Positions 19,101-27,425 of a stretch of DNA of 64,000 nucleotides are shown here, piece after piece. The notes under the pieces are model-generated. The model saw only the letters and a program-made list of their open reading frames with translations. It ran no database searches and had not been told where the DNA came from. The first letter of the stretch is position 1. The number at the start of each line of letters is the position of its first letter. The stretch spans positions 286,047 to 350,046 of the forward strand of contig CAVVMO010000004.1 in NCBI GenBank assembly GCA_963749345.1, in the 5' to 3' direction. This DNA is from an uncultured Bacteroidales bacterium. GTDB lineage: Bacteria > Bacteroidota > Bacteroidia > Bacteroidales > JAADJA01. Both the position numbers and the translations under genes were made by a program.

Positions 19101-20521
19101 CAGTAATCGGGCCACTTGGTATAAACATCAATTATGCCCAGGACTTAGAGTATGACAATGAAAATGATGTACTCTATCTTGCCGGATATACTGCAACAGG
19201 AGAACTTTATACCGTTGATCCATCAACAGGAGATGCTACATTTGTCGGGACTTTCCAGGGCGGTGCTGAAATTTGCGGACTCGCCTTTGAATACAATGCG
19301 GTTCAGTATACAAATGATATTGGAATTCAAAGCATACTTTCCCCAGCCAGTGGTGTTAACTTAGGCAATGAAGTTGTAACTGTCAGGATAAAGAATTTTG
19401 GCACAGCAGCGCAATCCAATTTCAACATTTCCTATACGCTGGATGGCGGTACTCCGGTTAATGCAACCATTACAAATTCCATTGCAGGTGGTGCAACCTA
19501 TGATTATACCTTCACGGGAACGGTGAATCTTTCAGCTTACGGTACCTATGAATTTGTAGCTTGTACCTACCTTGCAGGTGACGAAAATGCTGTGAATGAC
19601 TGTAAACCTAAGAGCGTTACCAATAGTGAGCCTTCACTCTGTGTTCCTCAATATGGCACCGGTTGTGCTTTTGGAGATGGCTTTACTGATTTCGTTCTGG
19701 CTGAAATTCAAAACAATGGTTCAGGATGTGCCGATCTGAATGGTATAGGCTGGAGCCAGTATTTCAATTTAGGCCCTGCCATGCTGAGCGCCGGTGGAAC
19801 TTATGATGTGATTATGACCGGTGGTTATGATGGCACCTTTGCTTCCATGTGGATCGATTTTAATGATGACCTGGTACTAAGTTCAGACGAAGAGATATTT
19901 ATCGGTTATGAACTGGTAACAATGGGCGTTCCTTATACGGTTTCTATTACTATTCCGGCCAATGCACCAAGTGGACAGCATGTCATGAGGGCCCGCACCA
20001 ATTGGCTGGCACCAGCTCCAGATCCTTGTGCATTATATACTTACGGCGAAGCTGAAGATTACATTGTACAGGTTGGTGGTGGTGGCACTGGATTGCTTGG
20101 TTATAATGTTTACCATTCATACCAGAATGGAGCCTTCAGCGTGCTTGATTTTGTAACGCCTACTAACTATACACATTTTGATCCTCCTTATGGTTTGCAT
20201 AAATATTATGTAACAGCCGTATACGACGAAGGTGAATCAGGACCCACAAATACAGTACAAGTTACGCTTACCGGTGTTCAGGAAACTGCAGTTGAGTCAA
20301 CCCAGATTTACCCGAACCCAGCAAACAGTGTTGTTAATATCAAATCTGCATTTGACATTACGTCTGTCAGGGTTTACAATCATGCAGGTCAAATCATAGC
20401 CAGCGAGCTTGTAAATACGAAATTCTACCAGTTCAATACTTCACAGTTCACTCCGGGATTATACATGTTCCAGATTGAAACCAATGAAGGTACGATCACG
20501 AAACGAATTATTGTCGAATAA
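15284..20521 (+). CDS. modular T9SS-secreted surface protein, gene 2 of the array (1745 aa, chimeric)
   Basis: Same signal peptide and N-domain as gene 1. Then come a CARDB-like module (16127-16435) and a GEVED-like module (16451-16870, ..SYGEIEDYTINV). Two ~195-aa jelly-roll/LamG-like copies (16892-17473, 17753-18340) are separated by an FN3-like module. From 18361 the gene is homologous to gene 3: beta-propeller-like repeats (LYTIDPSSGA, LYSIDLSSGA, LISVDKATGA, LYTVDPSTGD), a second CARDB-like module (19310-19621), a second GEVED-like module (19631-20074, ..YGEAEDYIVQV), an FN3-like module and the T9SS CTD (20297-20518). Confidence 0.9.
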   Translation: MKVFTKMMCVMMVLLLSFTFVLGQSTNLEKIKANKSTTDLTVDTYDGVKPIANPNDAGSNVSFASSDPDKLVLFDNGPMITHPGGGFGGADASALQSVSGPALTTYGFGAQQTAGNSMADDFTVTGTWTLNTITFFSYQTGSTTTSTITGIYAQIWNGAPNAGGTVVWGNLTTNLLASTTWSSIYRSIETDLLASNRPIMAVVANVAGCVLSSGTYWVQYQFTGSLASGPWAPPISIWNQGETGNALQNTSTGWAAAVSGTTPYAQGVPFIIDGTTGGLPGNDLSVTSILAPSTGANLGSAEPVTIRIQNMGTNPQSNFPVFYTINGGAQVNGTVTATINSLATYDYTFATTANLSAYGVYNFHACVNLTGDENPANNCFDKVVENLMPSYCTASTTTEDEYIANVSCGTINNPSGWQGGVADYTAIFTTIDAGMSEDITVLNGPNIYASDQVTCWVDWNMDYTFGTGDEEFILTNVGGTGATFTGAITVPAGTPGGDYRMRVRMTYSLAPVPCGSASYGEIEDYTINVGGVINPNIVFEDNFDAYTAGGQVACQNPTGWTTWSNAPCGSEDAYVSNLYSYSSPNSAVIAQNNDLVKDFGDPYTSGKYSISFYAYIPATKTGYFNTLQKFTVAPQIWGLEVYFNAGGAGSINAGGTGTATFTWTPGTWFMVEHIIDMDNDMSEIWIGGIMIYSYQWSLGATGTGQNTLEANDYFGATANDQMYIDDYKLELIPPVTLNPPTNLTATVADDDVQLEWDAPTAEPLLGYNVYRDGTMIDYTTATSYDDMDLAEGTYGYYVTAVYDEGESVPSNTVSATISGGTSGVIFTYDFENYTSGGQVACQTPDEWTTWSNLPCDAVEDAYISSLYAHSGVNSAVVVQNNDLVKDFGEAYTTGKYKISFWVYIPTGKAGYFNTLASFAGTTSSWGLEVYFNLGGAGSINAGGTGASTFFWNENTWFYVENVVDLDMDWAEFWIDGNMLYEWQWTLGSNGVAIPNTLDANDFFGATANDQMFFDDYVLESFGALAGPTNLTLSLSGSNVVLDWDAPSGKSFSNNVPIQELPLTVTTELTNSVHNNLLNQYKQSGQEIKAEQLINNAKTPAGYQPFKLDIKGATAYAFVAYDPSSVNPIGPAYFDTDFPGTITSLGPNGAGDFIAGGSWAEGVWYGEEYGTGALYTIDPSSGAMSLVGYGSAAGGFNAIAYDVTTSTMFGCDYNGSSCGLYSIDLSSGANTYIGDVGLGALVIGLACDASGNLYAADLFTDVLISVDKATGAGTVIGPLGININYAQDLEYDNENDVLYLAGYTATGELYTVDPSTGDATFVGTFQGGAEICGLAFEYNAVQYTNDIGIQSILSPASGVNLGNEVVTVRIKNFGTAAQSNFNISYTLDGGTPVNATITNSIAGGATYDYTFTGTVNLSAYGTYEFVACTYLAGDENAVNDCKPKSVTNSEPSLCVPQYGTGCAFGDGFTDFVLAEIQNNGSGCADLNGIGWSQYFNLGPAMLSAGGTYDVIMTGGYDGTFASMWIDFNDDLVLSSDEEIFIGYELVTMGVPYTVSITIPANAPSGQHVMRARTNWLAPAPDPCALYTYGEAEDYIVQVGGGGTGLLGYNVYHSYQNGAFSVLDFVTPTNYTHFDPPYGLHKYYVTAVYDEGESGPTNTVQVTLTGVQETAVESTQIYPNPANSVVNIKSAFDITSVRVYNHAGQIIASELVNTKFYQFNTSQFTPGLYMFQIETNEGTITKRIIVE
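16892..17473 (+). repeat. intragenic duplicated jelly-roll/LamG-like module, copy 1
   Basis: IVFEDNFDAYTAGGQVACQNPTGWTTWSN...NNDLVKDFG...GYFNTL...WGLEVYFN.GGAGSINAGGTG...GATANDQMYIDDYKLE aligns along its full length with copy 2. By eye a majority of positions are identical. Confidence 0.8.
17753..18340 (+). repeat. intragenic duplicated jelly-roll/LamG-like module, copy 2
   Basis: VIFTYDFENYTSGGQVACQTPDEWTTWSN...NNDLVKDFG...GYFNTL...WGLEVYFNLGGAGSINAGGTG...GATANDQMFFDDYVLE. Confidence 0.8.
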
Positions 20522-20577
20522 TAATTCCTGAAATACATTCTTAAAAGGCTGTCCTCTTTTGGACGGCCTTTTTTTAT
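18361..20577. repeat. R2a: 3' module (2.2 kb, through stop codon and terminator) shared with 21704..23916
   Basis: Offset is 3343 nt. The core 18743-19992 is virtually identical to 22086-23335. The out-of-frame ORFs 19152..19364 and 22495..22707 translate identically. The flanks are clearly more diverged. Confidence 0.92.
20546..20577 (+). terminator. intrinsic terminator of cargo gene 2
   Basis: AGGCTGTCC-tctttt-GGACGGCCT is followed by T7. Confidence 0.75.
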
Positions 20578-20578
20578 T

Positions 20579-20826
20579 GAGTGCAGGTCAAATCCAAAAG
20601 TGCACCGTCATTGCGAACGGAATAAAATGAAGTGAAGCAATCTCCCTTCGCTCTTTTCCAGATTTGTTCAAAGGGAACCAGCGCTGTATAATCCGAAAGC
20701 AATAAAAAGGCATTTTCCCAAAGGTCCAAAGGACTCAAATGGAGGATGGTTTTGCCATAAATCCCACTCTTACTCCCATCCTGATTAACTCCTAACTTAC
20801 CCTGTTTCAAATCCGGGCGAGCAGCG
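20579..20826. repeat. post-terminator element, copy 2 (longer)
   Basis: Homolog of 14818..14976. It has extra insertions, including a palindromic CATTGCGAACGG...GAAGCAATC segment. Confidence 0.75.
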
Positions 20827-20896
20827 TTTATAGCTAATTTATTTAATTGGATTTGAATAAACTATTCATATATTTTTTTGTTTATTGAAAACCTAT

Positions 20897-20904
20897 TACA
20901 TTTG
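20897..20904 (+). promoter_or_regulatory. -7 promoter box TACATTTG of T9SS cargo gene 3
   Basis: TAnnTTTG match 57 nt upstream of the ATG at 20961. Confidence 0.5.
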
Positions 20905-20960
20905 CCTTTTTTAAGGTTTATTATTCAATCCATTATTTACATTAACTAAATTTTATTATT

Positions 20961-23861
20961 ATGAAAATGTTTACAAAAATGATGAGTCTGGTGATGGTGT
21001 TCTTTCTATCGTCCAGTCTGATCTTTGGACAGGCTAATCCTGATCAGTTCAAGGTTGAGCTTATGAAAAAAAATGCGGTACCTGTTTTGGTTTCCGGACC
21101 CATAAAATCGGGTTACATTCCGGCACAGACCGATGATGTTTTGTGGTCGCAGATGTCACCTTCAGATGCTGATGGTGCATGTGCATCCCAGGATTTTGAA
21201 GCAGCTAACGACATTTACGACTGCCGTGGAGCAGATGATTTTACAGTTACAAGTGGACCCTGGGAAGTAAGTGTTGTGTCGTTTATTGGTGCCTATTGGA
21301 ATGCTACTCCGGGAGGTCCGGCAGACGGATTCAACATTGAATTCTTCAACGATGCCGCCGGAGTTCCCGGAACCTCTGTTCAAAATTATTCCAACCTGGC
21401 CTATACTGCGGTTCCATCAGGTGCTTCTTTCATTTTTACTGTAAATCTTCCTGCACCTTTGATCCTTGCTAACGGAAATTACTGGATCGCCATGCAGGCA
21501 CGTATGGACTTTACGCCAGGTGGACAGTTCGGTCTTTTGCCACAGTTACCCCCGCAAATCCAATACGAAAGAATGTGGATTTGCCCGGGTGGAGGATTTC
21601 CGGGAGCAACAACCTGGACACCAGGAACGGCAATATGGCCGGGACAAGCCGGCAAAGATTGGTGCTTTCAACTCGAAGGTTCAGTGGGTGGTGTTCTCGA
21701 CCCTCCAACAAACCTTACCCTAAATTTATCAGGCAGTAATGTTGTTCTTAACTGGGATGCACCTTCAGGAAAATCATTCAGCAACAATGTTCCAATCCAG
21801 GAATTACCCCTGACTGTGACAACTGAGTTAACAAATTCAGTGCATAATAATTTACTCAACGAATACAAACAAAGTGGTCAGGAAATCAAAGCTGAACAGT
21901 TGATTAGCAATTCAAAAGCTCCTGTTGCCTACAAGACTATGAAACTTGATGTCAAGGGCGCTACAGCTTATTGTTGTGTAGCTTATGACCCATCATCCGT
22001 GCTTCCGATTGGGCCCGCCACATTTGATACCGACTTCCCCGGAACAATTACTTCTCTGGCTCCTGGCACATCCGGCGACTTTATTGCCGGTGGTTCATGG
22101 GCTGAAGGTGTATGGTATGGTGAGGAATATGGTACCGGCGCTTTATATACCATTGATCCTTCTTCAGGCGCTATGTCCTTGGTTGGTTACGGCTCAGCAG
22201 CCGGTGGATTCAATGCGATAGCTTACGATGTTACCACGTCCACAATGTTCGGTTGTGATTATAATGGCAGTTCCTGCGGACTGTACTCAATTGATCTGTC
22301 TTCAGGTGCAAATACCTATATTGGTGATGTGGGTTTAGGTGCATTGGTTATTGGACTGGCCTGTGATGCATCAGGTAATTTATATGCAGCCGATCTTTTT
22401 ACCGATGTTCTGATTTCAGTTGACAAAGCTACAGGCGCTGGTACAGTAATCGGGCCACTTGGTATAAACATCAATTATGCCCAGGACTTAGAGTATGACA
22501 ATGAAAATGATGTACTCTATCTTGCCGGATATACTGCAACAGGAGAACTTTATACCGTTGATCCATCAACAGGAGATGCTACATTTGTCGGGACTTTCCA
22601 GGGCGGTGCTGAAATTTGCGGACTCGCCTTTGAATACAATGCGGTTCAGTATACAAATGATATTGGAATTCAAAGCATACTTTCCCCAGCCAGTGGTGTT
22701 AACTTAGGCAATGAAGTTGTAACTGTCAGGATAAAGAATTTTGGCACAGCAGCGCAATCCAATTTCAACATTTCCTATACGCTGGATGGCGGTACTCCGG
22801 TTAATGCAACCATTACAAATTCCATTGCAGGTGGTGCAACCTATGATTATACCTTCACGGGAACGGTGAATCTTTCAGCTTACGGTACCTATGAATTTGT
22901 AGCTTGTACCTACCTTACCGGTGACGAAAATGCTGTGAATGACTGTAAACCTAAGAGCGTTACCAATAGTGAGCCTTCACTCTGTGTTCCTCAATATGGC
23001 ACCGGTTGTGCTTTTGGAGATGGCTTTACTGATTTCGTTCTGGCTGAAATTCAAAACAATGGTTCAGGATGTGCCGATCTGAATGGTATAGGCTGGAGCC
23101 AGTATTTCAATTTAGGCCCTGCCATGCTGAGCGCCGGTGGAACTTATGATGTGATTATGACCGGTGGTTATGATGGCACCTTTGCTTCCATGTGGATCGA
23201 TTTTAATGATGACCTGGTACTAAGTTCAGACGAAGAGATATTTATCGGTTATGAACTGGTAACAATGGGCGTTCCTTATACGGTTTCTATTACTATTCCG
23301 GCCAATGCACCAAGTGGACAGCATGTCATGAGGGCACGCACCAGTTGGCTCTCAGCAGCTACCGATCCTTGTGCATTATATACCTACGGCGAAGCTGAAG
23401 ATTACATTGTACAGGTTGGTGGTGGCACTGGGTTACTTGGTTATAATGTTTACCATGCATCCGGGGGTGGTAGTTTCAGTGTGCTCGATTTTGTTACACC
23501 TACTACCTACACACATGTTGATCCTCCATTAGGTTTGCATGAATATTATGTAACAGCCGTATACGATAGTGGCGAATCAGAACCTACAAATACTGTATCA
23601 GTAGTGCTTACCGGTGTTCAGGAAAGTGTTGTTGAATCAACTCAGATTTACCCGAATCCGGCTTCTGCAGTTGTAAATATTAAATCGGAATATTCAATTG
23701 TTAATGTTAAGGTTTACAATTATGCAGGACAGGTAATTGCAAGCGAACTCGCTGATACCAAATTCTACCAATTCAATACTTCAAAGTTTACTCCTGGATT
23801 ATACATGTTCCAGATTGAAACCAATGAAGGTACGATCACGAAGCGAATTATTGTCGAATAA
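20961..23861 (+). CDS. modular T9SS-secreted surface protein, gene 3 of the array (966 aa)
   Basis: Signal peptide MKMFTKMMSLVMVFFLSSSLIFGQ, then a distinct ~240-aa N-domain (..GADDFTVTSGPWEVSVVSF..NYWIAMQARMDF..). From 21704 it carries the same FN3-like/linker/propeller-like/CARDB-like/GEVED-like/FN3-like/T9SS CTD series as gene 2. Confidence 0.9.
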   Translation: MKMFTKMMSLVMVFFLSSSLIFGQANPDQFKVELMKKNAVPVLVSGPIKSGYIPAQTDDVLWSQMSPSDADGACASQDFEAANDIYDCRGADDFTVTSGPWEVSVVSFIGAYWNATPGGPADGFNIEFFNDAAGVPGTSVQNYSNLAYTAVPSGASFIFTVNLPAPLILANGNYWIAMQARMDFTPGGQFGLLPQLPPQIQYERMWICPGGGFPGATTWTPGTAIWPGQAGKDWCFQLEGSVGGVLDPPTNLTLNLSGSNVVLNWDAPSGKSFSNNVPIQELPLTVTTELTNSVHNNLLNEYKQSGQEIKAEQLISNSKAPVAYKTMKLDVKGATAYCCVAYDPSSVLPIGPATFDTDFPGTITSLAPGTSGDFIAGGSWAEGVWYGEEYGTGALYTIDPSSGAMSLVGYGSAAGGFNAIAYDVTTSTMFGCDYNGSSCGLYSIDLSSGANTYIGDVGLGALVIGLACDASGNLYAADLFTDVLISVDKATGAGTVIGPLGININYAQDLEYDNENDVLYLAGYTATGELYTVDPSTGDATFVGTFQGGAEICGLAFEYNAVQYTNDIGIQSILSPASGVNLGNEVVTVRIKNFGTAAQSNFNISYTLDGGTPVNATITNSIAGGATYDYTFTGTVNLSAYGTYEFVACTYLTGDENAVNDCKPKSVTNSEPSLCVPQYGTGCAFGDGFTDFVLAEIQNNGSGCADLNGIGWSQYFNLGPAMLSAGGTYDVIMTGGYDGTFASMWIDFNDDLVLSSDEEIFIGYELVTMGVPYTVSITIPANAPSGQHVMRARTSWLSAATDPCALYTYGEAEDYIVQVGGGTGLLGYNVYHASGGGSFSVLDFVTPTTYTHVDPPLGLHEYYVTAVYDSGESEPTNTVSVVLTGVQESVVESTQIYPNPASAVVNIKSEYSIVNVKVYNYAGQVIASELADTKFYQFNTSKFTPGLYMFQIETNEGTITKRIIVE

Positions 23862-23916
23862 TAATTCCTGAAATACACTCCAAAAAAGGCTGTCCGGTTT
23901 TGGGCGGTCTTTTTTG
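21704..23916. repeat. R2b: 3' module shared with 18361..20577
   Basis: See R2a. Confidence 0.92.
23888..23916 (+). terminator. intrinsic terminator of cargo gene 3
   Basis: GGCTGTCC-ggttt-TGGGCGGTC (with G:U pairs) is followed by TTTTTTG. Confidence 0.6.
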
Positions 23917-23975
23917 TTTTAATGGGATTCCTTAAATGACTAATGAATCATATTAGTTTGATATTATAAATTTTA

Positions 23976-23983
23976 TACTTTTG
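23976..23983 (+). promoter_or_regulatory. -7 promoter box TACTTTTG upstream of ileS
   Basis: TAnnTTTG match 35 nt upstream of the ATG at 24018. Confidence 0.4.
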
Positions 23984-24017
23984 CACACTTTTTAAATCAT
24001 ACAGATTTTCAGCTTGA

Positions 24018-27000
24018 ATGAAACGGAAATATTCAGAATATAAGCAACTTGATTTAACACACATCGGAAAAGAGATCAACAACTATTGGAAAGGGCACCG
24101 AACTTTCGAAAAAAGTGTTGATCTGAGAAAGGGGCATAAGCCGTTTGTGTTTTATGAAGGTCCGCCTTCTGCCAATGGTACACCAGGCATCCATCATGTG
24201 ATGGCCCGTGCCATTAAGGATATATTCTGCCGTTATAAAACCATGAAAGGCTATCTGGTTGAACGCAAGGCCGGGTGGGATACGCATGGCCTTCCCGTAG
24301 AGATAAGCGTTGAAAAATCATTGGGTATCACCAAAGAAGACATTGGTACAAAAATTTCGGTAGAAGACTACAATAAGGCCTGCCGGAAAGAGGTGATGAA
24401 ATATAAAGATCTTTGGGATGACTTGACTGTTAAAATGGGATATTGGGTTGATCTGGATAATCCCTATATTACTTTCGATAATAAATACATCGAAACCGTT
24501 TGGTGGTTATTAAGAAAATTGTATGATAAAGGATTATTGTATAAAGGATATACCATTCAACCCTATTCACCAGCTGCCGGGACAGGACTTAGTTCGCATG
24601 AATTAAACATGCCGGGTTGTTACCGGGATGTAAAAGATAATACGGTAGTTGCCCAGTTTAAAGTTTTACGGGATGAAAAATCTGAATTTTTATTTGATGC
24701 TGTATTTGGTGATTTGTTTTTCCTTGCATGGACAACGACTCCATGGACACTGCCCTCAAATACAGCATTGGCCGTCGGAGTGAATATCAATTATATAAAA
24801 GTTAAAACTTACAATCCCTATACCCATCAACCTATCACAGTAATATTGGGTAAAGATCTTCTGAATAAGTATTTCCCTGAATCGAACACTGAATTGAAAT
24901 TAGAGGAATATGAACCGGGGCAGAAAAAGATTCCGTTTATTGTAGCAGGTGAATTTAAAGGAAAAGACCTGAAGGATATTCGCTTTGAGCAATTACTGCC
25001 TTATGTACAGCCAGAAGATGGTGATGCCTTCAGGGTTTTATTAGGAGATTTTGTTACCACCGACGAAGGAACCGGTATTGTTCATATAGCTCCAAGCTTT
25101 GGTGCAGATGACTTTAAAGTTGCCCGTGAAAATGGAATTGGTTCACTGACTCTTGTTAACAAGCAGGGAAAATTTGTGGAAGAAATGGGTGAATTTGCCG
25201 GTCGGTTTGTAAAGCAGGAATACGATCCCAATTACGACCCCGCCAAAGAAGATTCGGTCGACATTGACATCATCGTAAAACTGAAAAAAGAGAACAAGGC
25301 ATTTAAAACCGAAAAGTATGTTCACTCCTACCCTCATTGCTGGCGAACGGATAAACCGATACTTTACTATCCGCTGGATTCGTGGTTCATCAAAACTACA
25401 GCATTCAAGGACAGGATGATTGAACTGAACAACACCATCAACTGGAAACCAAAGGCGACCGGAACCGGAAGGTTTGGAAACTGGTTAGAAAATCTGGTTG
25501 ATTGGAATCTATCCCGATCAAGGTACTGGGGAGTGCCTTTACCGATTTGGATGACTGAGGATGAAACAGAAAAAATTTGCCTTGGGTCTGCTGAAGAATT
25601 AAAGGCAGAAATCGAAAAGTCAATAGATGCTGGTTTTATGATTAAAAATCCATTGGCGGATTTTATTCCTGGTAATAATTCAAAAGAGAATTATGAGACA
25701 TTTGATTTTCATAAACCTTATGTTGATGATATAATACTTGTTTCTCCCGGTGGAAAAAAAATGTTTCGGGAACCGGCACTAATTGATGTATGGTTTGATT
25801 CAGGGGCGATGCCTTATGCCCAGTTCCATTATCCGTTTGAAAACAAAGAAAACCTGGACGATTATTTTCCGGCAGATTTTATCGCCGAAGGAGTAGATCA
25901 AACCCGGGGATGGTTTTTCACGCTCCATGCTATCGCCACAATGGTTTTTGATTCTGTTGCTTACAAAACCTGTGTTTCGAACGGACTGGTGCTGGATGCC
26001 CATGGAAATAAAATGTCAAAACGATTAGGAAATGCTGTCGATCCATTTGCAACCATTGAGAAATTTGGACCGGATGCTACCCGCTGGTATATGATCACCA
26101 ATTCCCAACCCTGGGATAACCTGAAATTTGATGATGCGGGGATTGATGAAGTTAAAAGGAAATTCTTTGGTACCCTTTATAATACGTATGCCTTTTTTGC
26201 TCTCTATGCCAACATCGATGGCTTTAACTATTCCGAGCCTGAAATTCCTGTTGAAAAAAGACCTGAACTTGACCGCTGGATCATTTCTGAACTGAATAGC
26301 CTGATCAAAAATGTGGATGAATGTTACCTCGACTATGAGCCGACAAAAGCCGGCAGGGCAATCAGCGAGTTTCTTGATCTCCATCTAAGCAATTGGTATG
26401 TGCGGTTGAGCAGGAGAAGATTCTGGAAGGGGGAGTATACTGATGATAAAATTGCCGCTTATCAAACTTTATATCGTTGCCTTGAAGTCATTGCACAATT
26501 AGCCTCTCCGATAGCTCCATTCTTTATGGAGAAATTGTTTGTCGACCTGAATTCGGTAACTGCTCACTTATCGTCTGATTCAGTTCATCTTACAGACTTT
26601 CCATTTTCAGATGAAAAGCTGATTGATAAAAGACTCGAAGAGCGGATGGAATTGGCGCAGAAAATATCCTCGATGGTTTTGTCATTGCGTAAAAGAACCA
26701 GTATCAGGGTGCGCCAGCCACTGAATAAGATCATGATCCCTCTGATGAACAACCACTTCAGGGAAAATGTAGAGGCAGTCAAACACCTCATCTTATCCGA
26801 AGTCAATGTGAAAGACCTGGAATTCATGGAGGATGATAAAATCCTTATGAAAAAAATTAAGCCGAACTTTAAAACTTTGGGACCTAAGTATGGCAAATTG
26901 ATGAAATCAATCAATGCTGCACTGATAGCTTTTGACAATGAGCAGATCGGCCAATTTGAAACAGCAGGAAAATACAACCTTCAAATTGAAGGACAAGAAG

Positions 27001-27383
27001 TTGAAATATTAATTTCGGATGTCGAGATCCTTACCGAAGATATTCCCGGATGGCTCATAAGTTCGATGGGAAACCTTACTGTTGCGCTGGACATTACCAT
27101 TACCGACGATCTTAAGCACGAAGGTATTGCCAGAGAGCTGGTAAACAGGATTCAAAATCTGCGCAAAGAAAATCAATTTGAAGTGACCGATAAAATTTCT
27201 CTGCTTATTGAAAAAACAAATGAATTAGAAATCGCTGTGCAAAAGAATTTTGATTATATTTGCTCGGAAACTCTTGCTGATTCACTTCAATTGACAGATC
27301 AGATTTTGACAAATAATAAAATTACAATTGAATTGACTGATGATATGAAAACGAATATAATAATTGAAAAACATTTAAATTAA
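24018..27383 (+). CDS. ileS: isoleucine--tRNA ligase (long, type-2-like form)
   Basis: 1121 aa. HIGH region PPSANGTPGIHHV, KMSKS motif (GNKMSKRLGN), and editing-domain and anticodon-binding regions typical of the Bacteroidota IleRS. Confidence 0.95.
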   Translation: MKRKYSEYKQLDLTHIGKEINNYWKGHRTFEKSVDLRKGHKPFVFYEGPPSANGTPGIHHVMARAIKDIFCRYKTMKGYLVERKAGWDTHGLPVEISVEKSLGITKEDIGTKISVEDYNKACRKEVMKYKDLWDDLTVKMGYWVDLDNPYITFDNKYIETVWWLLRKLYDKGLLYKGYTIQPYSPAAGTGLSSHELNMPGCYRDVKDNTVVAQFKVLRDEKSEFLFDAVFGDLFFLAWTTTPWTLPSNTALAVGVNINYIKVKTYNPYTHQPITVILGKDLLNKYFPESNTELKLEEYEPGQKKIPFIVAGEFKGKDLKDIRFEQLLPYVQPEDGDAFRVLLGDFVTTDEGTGIVHIAPSFGADDFKVARENGIGSLTLVNKQGKFVEEMGEFAGRFVKQEYDPNYDPAKEDSVDIDIIVKLKKENKAFKTEKYVHSYPHCWRTDKPILYYPLDSWFIKTTAFKDRMIELNNTINWKPKATGTGRFGNWLENLVDWNLSRSRYWGVPLPIWMTEDETEKICLGSAEELKAEIEKSIDAGFMIKNPLADFIPGNNSKENYETFDFHKPYVDDIILVSPGGKKMFREPALIDVWFDSGAMPYAQFHYPFENKENLDDYFPADFIAEGVDQTRGWFFTLHAIATMVFDSVAYKTCVSNGLVLDAHGNKMSKRLGNAVDPFATIEKFGPDATRWYMITNSQPWDNLKFDDAGIDEVKRKFFGTLYNTYAFFALYANIDGFNYSEPEIPVEKRPELDRWIISELNSLIKNVDECYLDYEPTKAGRAISEFLDLHLSNWYVRLSRRRFWKGEYTDDKIAAYQTLYRCLEVIAQLASPIAPFFMEKLFVDLNSVTAHLSSDSVHLTDFPFSDEKLIDKRLEERMELAQKISSMVLSLRKRTSIRVRQPLNKIMIPLMNNHFRENVEAVKHLILSEVNVKDLEFMEDDKILMKKIKPNFKTLGPKYGKLMKSINAALIAFDNEQIGQFETAGKYNLQIEGQEVEILISDVEILTEDIPGWLISSMGNLTVALDITITDDLKHEGIARELVNRIQNLRKENQFEVTDKISLLIEKTNELEIAVQKNFDYICSETLADSLQLTDQILTNNKITIELTDDMKTNIIIEKHLN

Positions 27384-27425
27384 ATAATAGTATAAAATAA
27401 TCTAAATCAACAAAATAATACGACA

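Noticed and set aside
20574-20810. 78-aa ORF on the minus strand in the spacer after cargo gene 2.
   Set aside because: It sits inside the post-terminator repeat element. The homologous copy at 14818-14976 is broken by stops and indels in that frame, so the reading frame is not conserved.
11572-23861. The cargo array as a mobile element, prophage remnant or polysaccharide utilisation locus.
   Set aside because: There is no integrase, transposase, terminal inverted repeat or target-site duplication, and no phage genes. No SusC/SusD pair or glycoside hydrolase is present. The boundaries are ordinary promoters and terminators between housekeeping genes.
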